Positions 45,884-54,430 of a DNA stretch of 64,000 nucleotides are shown here, piece by piece (within the stretch, counting starts at the first letter, position 1; every line of letters starts with the position of its first letter). A program made the position numbers and the translations under genes. Source of the DNA: Barthelona sp. PCE (lineage: Eukaryota); the NCBI GenBank assembly GCA_040285745.1, contig JAUFOR010000001.1, forward strand, positions 992,001 through 1,056,000, in the 5' to 3' direction. Below the pieces are notes generated by a model that was not told the DNA's origin, made no database searches, and saw only the letters and a program-made list of their open reading frames with translations.

Positions 45884-46258
45884 ATCTTCTTTTTTTATGC
45901 TTTTAGAATGTTTATTAGTATGAACTATGGTAAATAACGCCAACACCAACAAAATTGAGTAAAAGAATCAAAACAAAAAAATATACTATATCTGTTTCAC
46001 TAAAAAAAGACAGCCTATTTGACATATGTGTTGTTCATGTTATGATTGCGATGTTATGTGTAATCAACTAAAATAAATCTTCTCCTTTCATGTTTCTAAT
46101 ATATGCTTGCAAATATGCTTCACATTTCTACAATCTTTTCAACAAAACTAAATATCATATTTATGCCAGAAGGACTATCACACATTCATGACTCGTAATA
46201 TATAAAAGAGAATGCATACCATTGAGATACATGCACTTAGAAAAAATGGTTCACAACG

Positions 46259-46397
46259 GTATTGAATTTCATCGCGTTGCCCCTGGCTGCCTGTTGATGT
46301 CTACTGAGAGTAAAGCAGATGAGAAAGAGGTGGAAAACGTAGATTTACGTTTCCTTTCACAAGTGTGACTTCACAGGGGCTGAGTTCTCTCGGATAC
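46259..46397 (+). ncRNA. Candidate structured ncRNA (GC-richer island just outside the left TIR)
   Basis: GCCCCTG/CAGGGGC stem enclosing a CTGC/GCAG arm and the hairpin GGAAAACGTA-GATT-TACGTTTCC; outer pairings GTATT/GATAC and GAATT/AGTTC; no ORF. Confidence 0.3.
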
Positions 46398-46684
46398 ATG
46401 CATGTTTACTGACAGATATCTAGTTGGATGGCGTGAATAAGTTCCTAAGCTCGAGGTCGGGTAATTGAGTTCCCACCCCATAAAAAATAGTAAAAAAGAG
46501 AAATCCGGAATGTACGATAAAGGACGTAATTCGGACAGCACATTCATGAGTCACAGATTCACTCTGCCATGAGTTCCGTCAACCACATGCTTCCATCATT
46601 CAACAAACATCATTCAACAGTTACTCCAGTCAAAAAATGATCATTTTTTTTTATATTAATCCTTTTTCTTTAGGGTTTGCCAAA

Positions 46685-46732
46685 TATAGATTATAGATTT
46701 ACTAATGTCGTAACATTGAATGATAGGGAACG
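46685..46732 (+). repeat. Left terminal inverted repeat
   Basis: TATAGATTATAGATTTACTAATGTCGTAACATTGAATGATAGGGAACG; subterminal ATATAGGTTTTG occurs twice at 46744-46768. Confidence 0.85.
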
Positions 46733-46948
46733 CTAATGTAAACATATAGGTTTTGAATATAGGTTTTGGATACAGATTAATCAGATTTGATTGCTTTATT
46801 CTTGGAGTTGCAGCAGTTGAAAAAAAGGTGTCTAAACATCATAAACATATATTTATTGTTGTGTTATCGTTATATATGGTAACACAGGTGTTCCTGGAAC
46901 GACACGAGCCATAAATAAACCATAATAATTATCGTCTCCAATTCGTTG

Positions 46949-49900
46949 TTAATTACTACTAATATTATTCTTCAATCTACTGAAAGCACTTTCAACAGCG
47001 TTGTTAGAGGGTGAGTAGAATTTGAAAGGAGTAAGGAAATTTTTAAAGCTCGATTGAAGATAACTTGGCAGTGCAGTGTAACCCCTAACTAAGGCTATAC
47101 GGATCATTTCCGAATTGACAAACTTAGAGGAACCTTCTTCTCCATCAAAAAACTTTCGAACACTATCATTATTTAAATAATCCAGAGCATCGTCAACCGT
47201 TCTTGCAGATTGCGGTTCTGAAGATGTCCTCTGTAATTGGCGCGGTAGTTCCATTACGTTAGCAGAGCTCGCTGCAGCAATTCTAGCTTTTCGCCGTTGT
47301 GATTCGGGAGATTTATAATACTCGGATGCATTGTCATATTGTTGACGATTATTCGGCTCCAAATCTAGTTGTAGTGGTTCTTCTGGCGGCATAATGGGAT
47401 CATTAGGTGAGTAAGCAAAGTGTTTGGAATCTTGTAGCACACATGCAATATAACCAACCAAACCTCTCACCTTTTCACCCCTGTTTTCGGCATAATAGAC
47501 ATAACTCAAAGCATACTGAGACCAATTTGTGAAGTGGGAGGTATCAAAACAACCTGTTGTTGTGTTGGGTTTCTGTTTATCAGGGTTCAATCGTGATCGA
47601 AGGAAATGGTAACACATAGTTACTTTGAGTCCGTTAAGAGTTTCTGTTGTCAAATCTTTATCAACATATTTGATGCTCAACTGGGAGAGATAATTAGCTG
47701 TAGCTGTATCACCAAAATCAAAACCACTTAACTTAACTGAATCTAAATCACACATCAAAAAAGCTACTAATGCTTGAGCTTGAATGAATTTCTCACTCAA
47801 ATATCGAACAACATACATCTCCAAAGCATTTGTGTAACGTAAAACAAAACTATTGTTGGCGAACCTCTCCTTCAAAAACGTTAAAACTACAAGCATTTGT
47901 GAAATCTCACAGTAAACATTCAACACGCTGTATCGAGCAGAGCAAGCAATACGCTGGATCAAAATAAATCTCTCCATAATTATCCTGTATATCTTACTAC
48001 ATTCCCAAAGATCCTCTCCTAGTTTGAACTCTTCTTTCAATTCATCGGGCCGAAAACACATAGTGAATACACGGAAGAAGTCTTCAGTTGCTTGCCAACG
48101 TACATTATCTAACTTATTATCATCATTTTCTAAAAATATCTTCCACAACTCAACATTGATCAACGATTGAACATATGCGAAGAACTTGAGTTCCACGTGT
48201 TCCTTCTGTATGATTGATGCCATGGTAATAATGGGAATATTGCAATGTATGTATGAGAATTTTTTGTATCTATCATACATCTCCTTCAGTCTATCTGAAT
48301 CTTCAATTTCAACACCTGCCTCGTTTCTGATCTTGTCATTAACCCTCAGACCCATATATTTCCTATCTTGTCCGAGCTCTTTGAGTACTTGAAGCTTGCG
48401 ATTCTCATACCCCATTAAAAAATCTTCACAAATCATAGGGTTGCTCTTCAACTCTGCATCTGAAGGCTCAATGACTTCACAATCAACCTTATTGTTCCAA
48501 CGATTGATAGGGTTTTTCTCGATGCTAATTCCTGCATTACGGAATGTCTTCAAAAGACAAATAGATTTAACTTTTTTTGAAGTAGTTTGAATCAATACTG
48601 GGAACACTTGCACCACCATTGAAATAGTTTAAGATCAACCGGAATTCAGCTAAAAGACTTTTTTGTCCGTTGGTAATCATTTCTCCTAACTCCTTCCAAT
48701 TCATAACGTTTAATAAATTGGACCAGCATCTTTCTGCATCCTCTAATACGAGGTTAAACGTCATCGACTTGGTGATCAAGTTGTGCGATATGTGTGCAAA
48801 AGCATGGAGAGTGCATAAACTGTTCATGATGGCGGGATAGCATTTCACACAACATAATTTCAGGATTACCACCATCAGTTCCAATGATGATCCTCACATT
48901 TTCTTCAATATATGATGATGCAAATGTTAATTCAATCTCTCTTTTAGCATCCAATTTGTACGTTACTTTCTCTGGAAATGTGGATATGGTATTTTCTACC
49001 ATTATTGGAGATTTTCCATGAAATAAGAAAGTAGGTAATGAATAAGTCTTCAAAATTCCTCTGTCAACTAAGAAATCAAGCAGCCAAATACCCAGATCAT
49101 ACGCTGTTTTTCCCGTAACTGAGGTTCGGTGAAAAGGAGGCTCACCATAACTTCTAACGCCATTAATCTTTTGGCATAGGACAACAAGGTTCTTATTTTT
49201 AAGCCAGTCAAGATATCTAATGACATCTATTGTCATAGTGTTGCTTATAAAAACTTCAGTTTTTTCATTAAAAAATTTCATGCTCTGGTGGAGGTACATT
49301 ATGTTCACCAAAATTTGGCACATCAAGCATGATGATGATAGACTCACGACCATCTAATCTTGAAGCATCATACTGCAAACATATTGGCAAGTCTTTTTCA
49401 ATAAAAATCTTTAACAACCATTCAGTGATAAATGCATGAAAATTAGTTATAATACGGAGGTATTTAAAGAATGCTCCTTCCACCCCCCGCTTGGTGGTGA
49501 ACTCATCCTTAATACTTTCTTTCGCGTTCCTAAGACTATTTGCTAATACTAGCTTAGAGAAGTATCTGGAAACATGTTTTGAATTGTCATTAATCACATT
49601 TTCATTGTTAATTCTAACAGACATCGCTACTATATTCCTATTTTCGCATGTAGAAATATTTGAAAGAAAGGGATTATAAAGAATATTCGGGATTTCGCAT
49701 TCAAACAACCTTTTGGCTACACTGTACTTCAAACTATACACCTTTAACCAAAACTTTGCACAAAAAAAACTTGAACTCTTGTGATACGATAAGGGTGGAT
49801 TGTAAATCGCATCTTTAACCCTTTTTGTGATGTTCTTACCTTCATATTTAATTATTCTGCCGTTATTTGCGCAATCTATCAAAGTTTGGTAATCCTTTTT

Positions 49901-50368
49901 TAGCTTTTCAGAATAAGGGTAATTTGGGTTTTTGACTATAGATGCACACAGCATTCTTAAACGATTTAGAAAAGGTAGCATGTTATATACAGCTTGCCCC
50001 GTTAATGGATCTATCAGCTTAAACAGCCAATTTTTGAGTGATATTGCATTTTTTTTGTATCTACCTACATCAGCACCATCCCTCAAAATGTTGTTAAAAA
50101 ATGAGTCTTTGTTGGCAATAGGGATCAGCCTGCAAGAGAAATCTTTATACGAACAGGGCAAATGTATTAAATTGTGAATATCAACCCTTTTCTTGAACTC
50201 TATACCTTGACTGTTATAAATCGCTTCCACAACAAGATCGTTAGTGCCTGGATCAGGTGCAGGGTTTTCATCGTTATATAGCGTAGGTTTTTGAATTTCA
50301 TATTCTTCTTCAACCATTAAGAAGTTATCCTCTCTTGATATGAGCAGTTCTGAGAGAGGGTATGCCAT
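46949..50368 (-). pseudogene. hAT-type DDE transposase, ~1138 aa once three +1 frameshifts are corrected (pseudogene or assembly error)
   Basis: Four consecutive overlapping minus-strand ORFs together give CLQYDASR (D1), IIIGTDGG (D2), HSPCF-AH (CxxH, restored across a shift), RWNN and SNNAVESAFSRLK (E and dimerisation region). Confidence 0.8.
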
Positions 50369-50666
50369 CTGTCAACTTTGTTTTTATACTCGTTGTTAGA
50401 TAGGGGTGATTAAAGTAATTCCAGTTTTTTTAGAAATCTGGACTGAAATCTATAAAATCAAATAAATTGAATGTTGGACATAGGTGTTTACTAATACATA
50501 TGGTCTCTTGCGCACAACTAGATTTCCACTAATTACGATATAGGTCCAATCATGGAAGTTCGAATGCCTACTTTTTCTTCCCCTTTTCAGCAATGCACAC
50601 ATGGATCATCGATTAAATGATGATGCAAAGTGGTTAATTGGCAAAAAGTTATTTTGTGACAAAAAG

Positions 50667-50739
50667 TACTCAGAGGGAGACTCGAACTCCCGACCGTTCG
50701 CTTATTAGACGAATGCTCTACCGACTGAGCTATCCAAGC
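50667..50739 (-). tRNA. tRNA-Ile (anticodon AAT)
   Basis: GCTTGGA-TA-GCTC-AGTCGGTA-GAGC-A-TTCGT-CTAATAA-GCGAA-CGGTC-GGGAG-TTCGAGT-CTCCC-TCTGAGT-A forms a full 73-nt cloverleaf with A and B boxes, followed by CTTTTT (Pol III terminator). Confidence 0.9.
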
Positions 50740-50945
50740 AATGCTCCATTTTTCAGTGAAGACGGAAATGTTTCAACAAAAAGTGTCAAGTTACATTCTG
50801 GTTATTCACAATTTAAGGCAACCCATTTCTCATCCATCTCACGTAATTAGGGGTTAAGTATACCGAAAACAGTGGTGTAATCAATTGGTAGAGACCCACA
50901 ATCAGTTAAAAATTATTAATTAGCTTTTTTTATTATTAAAATTTT

Positions 50946-51168
50946 TTTGTAGGAGATTAAATTTATTTCGGATTAGACACTTGTACGGGAGTTACGAGCT
51001 CCCTCGAGTGCTGTGCTTACACTGAGAATTGTTCTAGAGCCCTTTTTTTAAAATAAAAGGGGATAAAGAAATGATGTAAGTACTCACAGAGTACAAGAGG
51101 GAAGATTGCGTGCCTATTCCTCCTGTAGATTTACTCCTACGAAATAGCGTGTTATTCACAAGCGTGCC
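50946..51168 (+). ncRNA. Structured repeat copy A (candidate pseudoknotted RNA)
   Basis: Shares three blocks with copy B (18/19, 27/30 and 42/44 nt); long stem 50946-50966 / 51125-51143; extra hairpins lie between the blocks. Confidence 0.5.
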
Positions 51169-52062
51169 ATATGTCACAATTGTCTCAAAATTATACTTTA
51201 CACAGTCTATTCATATACATTTATAATATTTATAGATGTATATATAGCACTGGGTGATTTATATATTTATTTATTTAGACAGGATGAATGATCTACCTCC
51301 CATTTTTAGATCTCCATAAATCGTTACTTTGCCAAAAGCGAAAAAAAAAGTTTAATTATACATCATTTTCTTTTTATTTTTGGTGTAACTGTTCTTCAGA
51401 TATCTTCAGATACATGGACGTAAATCTTTACATTCCATATGAATTTCTATTATTGAGTTTAATTTCCTTTTCTCTTTTCTCCTTCATTTTGGATGGTTGT
51501 TTATTGTTTATTGTTTATAGTTTATTGTGTGAGTATAAAGATATTGTATTATTTGTTTTCAGTTCAATGAACATCTTTTAGGAAAGTCAGAAGATTCTTT
51601 TGTATGACTATGCATGTGTATATACCAACATTTTCCATTGGGCAAAGTAAATATTAAGAAAAGTAATGAAATTGAAAATTTATTGATAAAATGAAGCTTT
51701 GATCTAATCACTTTCTTCTTTACATTTCGCCTGAAGGTCATGTGTTGACCCACTTAAATGAAATATATTTGATAAGAAATGTGTCAATGTAAAAATGTTC
51801 GATGAATAATTTTATAAAATGAGATGACATTCCATCAAAATCATTTGTTTAAGTGAATAGGAATAGTGTTGGGTGAACATTATTCTTTGAAAGTAAGTTG
51901 TTGAAGATTGGTAAAAATCATTGAAGAAGAATTGTAAATAAGCGATCTATATGTAGATGTAAAGAAAGATTTGATTGTGCTTAACCAAGCTCTCACGAAA
52001 TCATTGATTACGTAAGAAATGGAGAAAATATTACCCCTAAGACTAAAAGTAAACACTCGAAG

Positions 52063-52225
52063 TTCGTAGGTAGTAAATTTACTTCGGAGTAAGGCACTTG
52101 TTCTGAGAATTGTTCTAAAGCTTAAAAGAAAAGAGAAAGAAATGAAGTGAGTACTCGCAGAGTACTTACTTCTCAGGTAGATTTACTTCTACGAAATAGC
52201 GTGTTATTCACAAACGTGCCTTTTT
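52063..52225 (+). ncRNA. Structured repeat copy B (candidate pseudoknotted RNA, ends in T5)
   Basis: Stem 52063-52082 / 52177-52195; 13-bp hairpin 52144-52172; AAGGCAC-TTGT (52091-52101) pairs with ACAA..GTGCCTT (52210-52222); ends in TTTTT. Confidence 0.55.
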
Positions 52226-52358
52226 GAATATTAATGAAGTATAAAACGATTGCATTTGTTTTAAAAATGATCCAATTTGAAGCTCCACTATTCTAAAGTG
52301 CAACTCCAAGAATAAACAATCATCTGGTAGAAAATTTTTTTTAAAATCAAAATTATTA

Positions 52359-52406
52359 CGTTCACTATCATTCAATGTTACAACATTAGTAAATCTATAA
52401 TCTATA
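52359..52406 (-). repeat. Right terminal inverted repeat
   Basis: Reverse complement of 46685-46732 with 2 mismatches. Confidence 0.85.
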
Positions 52407-52418
52407 ATGGTTCTTTGA

Positions 52419-54326
52419 TCACATTATATTGTAAAATATTTCAATTTCTGTGCAATCTGGACTAACTATTGATTGTAAAGGTAATGCTTCAAAAGTTTCA
52501 TCTATTGTGTTATAGTTTTTATCAAAAATCATATGCGACACTTCAATGGCAGAGTTCTTCACAGTTGAGCTCATTCTAACGATATGGAAAGGATCAACAG
52601 AAAATATTCGAGATATTGACTCAAAAAAGAAGTTTTCTCTAATTTTGGCACTATGAACGGCCCATAGTTCCTCATTCAAAAAGTTAAACACAGTTTCACC
52701 ATAGATAAACGATGTTTCACTGATAAAACAAGAAAAGAATGATCGGTGATCCGTCAAACCATGAGCATCAGTGTATTTTTCTATAACACTACGTTCTGTA
52801 TCATAAATGAGAATTATGAGATCATCATAGTTGTGTAATACGGCCATATGCGGATTATGTGGGTTAATAAAGACTTCAGATTTGTCAGTGATGAGATCCA
52901 CATAAATAAACTCTTTGCGCTCATCAATATCGCAAACTCCGACCCTATATCCAGCCTGAACCCACAAAAGAGAGCCATATAGTCGTAACAATGTCGGTTC
53001 AGATCCAAATGTGTGTATTTTCTCATCATCCACAAAAAGTTCATTGATGAAAGTCCATGCAACGATAGAACTATTAAAGGCGAACAAAGTTGAGGCAGAT
53101 AACGCTTGTGAACAGCTACAAACATGTAACACTACTCTATTCTGATTATAAACATAAAGACTTTTGTTTTCGTTCTGCACGAGAAAGAGGATGTTCTTCG
53201 CCTTTCTGTCGGGCTCTGCTGCCAGAAGTCTGTTGGGTGAGACGGCAGAAATATGAAGCGTGGAGTACCGTTTGAGAAAATCGCATATTAGAAAACAAGA
53301 AGGCAATTTTTGAACTACACTTCCATCTGCCATGTAATTAAGATACATACCATCAGAGATGTTACAAACAAACGAATTACAGGTCTCAAAGCGGAATTCA
53401 AAAATATCATTCTTAGTAATACTCTTTGTGAAATAAAATTGCTCTCTCTCACAATAAACCTTTTCCATAGCAATACTAGCACATTTTCCCACGAGATTTA
53501 GCTCTGAATCGACACATACAGTGTTGCTAAAACGGTTAAGATAGATTATCCCGTTGTGTGTGTATGCAACTTTGGGCATATAGTCGATTGGTAGTTTCTG
53601 CAGCATTTCTTCACTATAACATCCTGTAGCGCGGTCATATTCGACTTTGATTGTGGCATTTGTAAGGGCGTAATATCCAATAGGATTGGTTGAGTTGATG
53701 ATGGCAAAGTGTAGGTATCCGTCTTGTAGTAGCTCGCAGTCATGCTCCGTGAATGTCAGCTTCTCACTGTCTATATCAAAACGCATGTATGCCAGCACAT
53801 GTTTGAATGGTTTTCCGGGAATTGTTTTCGTGAGTGCAACTGGTATAACTTCGTTTACCATGAAAATCTGAGTTTCGCATCGATATAAACAATCAATAAC
53901 TTCAATTCTATCATTTTTAATATCCAAAAGACTAAAGGTCGAGGTACTCAGATCTTGAAACAAAACATGATGAAAACCCATTGGTAGATAACCCCTTGTC
54001 GGACATTTGGTGTTTTCATACTCACAAACTGCTGTGAATTTTGAGTTTTGAACAGTGTAATAGGTCACAATGTGACCATTACAAGAAATGTAAAGGTGTT
54101 GGTTGCAAAAAAGACATTTATAAACAGGAAACTCCGAAGAATGCACAACATCACCAGGGACGATTGTGGTTGTTGATATGGGAAGATTGTTATCCCTATA
54201 TTCAATAAAAAAATTCCCATTCCCAATGTCAGTAGTAAGATTATTACTTGACATATTATATTGGAAAAAAGAGCCAAAACAGTTGAAAATTAAAGAAGTA
54301 GGTTGAAGTAATAGTTGCAAATCCAT
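52419..54326 (-). CDS. Hypothetical beta-rich protein of the divergent ~650-aa family
   Basis: 635-aa ORF (alternative ATG at 54254); FINPHNPHMAVL...FISETSFIYGETVFNF pattern shared with the paralogs. Confidence 0.75.
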   Translation of the reverse strand: MDLQLLLQPTSLIFNCFGSFFQYNMSSNNLTTDIGNGNFFIEYRDNNLPISTTTIVPGDVVHSSEFPVYKCLFCNQHLYISCNGHIVTYYTVQNSKFTAVCEYENTKCPTRGYLPMGFHHVLFQDLSTSTFSLLDIKNDRIEVIDCLYRCETQIFMVNEVIPVALTKTIPGKPFKHVLAYMRFDIDSEKLTFTEHDCELLQDGYLHFAIINSTNPIGYYALTNATIKVEYDRATGCYSEEMLQKLPIDYMPKVAYTHNGIIYLNRFSNTVCVDSELNLVGKCASIAMEKVYCEREQFYFTKSITKNDIFEFRFETCNSFVCNISDGMYLNYMADGSVVQKLPSCFLICDFLKRYSTLHISAVSPNRLLAAEPDRKAKNILFLVQNENKSLYVYNQNRVVLHVCSCSQALSASTLFAFNSSIVAWTFINELFVDDEKIHTFGSEPTLLRLYGSLLWVQAGYRVGVCDIDERKEFIYVDLITDKSEVFINPHNPHMAVLHNYDDLIILIYDTERSVIEKYTDAHGLTDHRSFFSCFISETSFIYGETVFNFLNEELWAVHSAKIRENFFFESISRIFSVDPFHIVRMSSTVKNSAIEVSHMIFDKNYNTIDETFEALPLQSIVSPDCTEIEIFYNIM

Positions 54327-54430
54327 ATTTTCTTTTTTTTCATTACTTTTTGGGGTGATTAAGTTGAATCATTTACGGGGTTAATTTTTTCTGAGTAGTT
54401 TTTAGTTGTGTTAAAAGTTTTTGAGGTTTT

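Larger units (their letters stand above)
46685..52406 (-). mobile_element. hAT-superfamily DNA transposon (5.7 kb) with 48-bp TIRs, carrying a tRNA and two structured repeats
   Basis: TIRs at 46685-46732 and 52359-52406 (46/48 identical) enclose a hAT-type transposase; AT-rich relative to host genes. Confidence 0.8.

Noticed and set aside
46949-50368. Fanzor/TnpB or CRISPR-type nuclease in the element
   Set aside because: The motifs are hAT DDE (CxxH, RW, ESAFS); I see no RuvC/zinc-finger arrangement and no repeat-spacer array.
23290-50739. Functional link between the IleRS gene and tRNA-Ile in the same window
   Set aside because: They are ~24 kb and many unrelated genes apart; probably coincidence.
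51022-51145. Hammerhead ribozyme (CTGAGAA...CGAAA) or U6-like ACAGAG in copy A
   Set aside because: CTGAGAA is not CUGANGA, the stem topology does not fit, and the U6-like stretch is not conserved in copy B.
51288-52015. AT-rich 97-aa ORF and a stop-riddled frame between the repeats
   Set aside because: Low complexity, many stops and no recognisable protein similarity; a pseudogene cannot be supported.
50848-52039. Nested MITE with TAGGGGT...ACCCCTA ends
   Set aside because: Only about 8 bp of inverted match and no target-site duplication.
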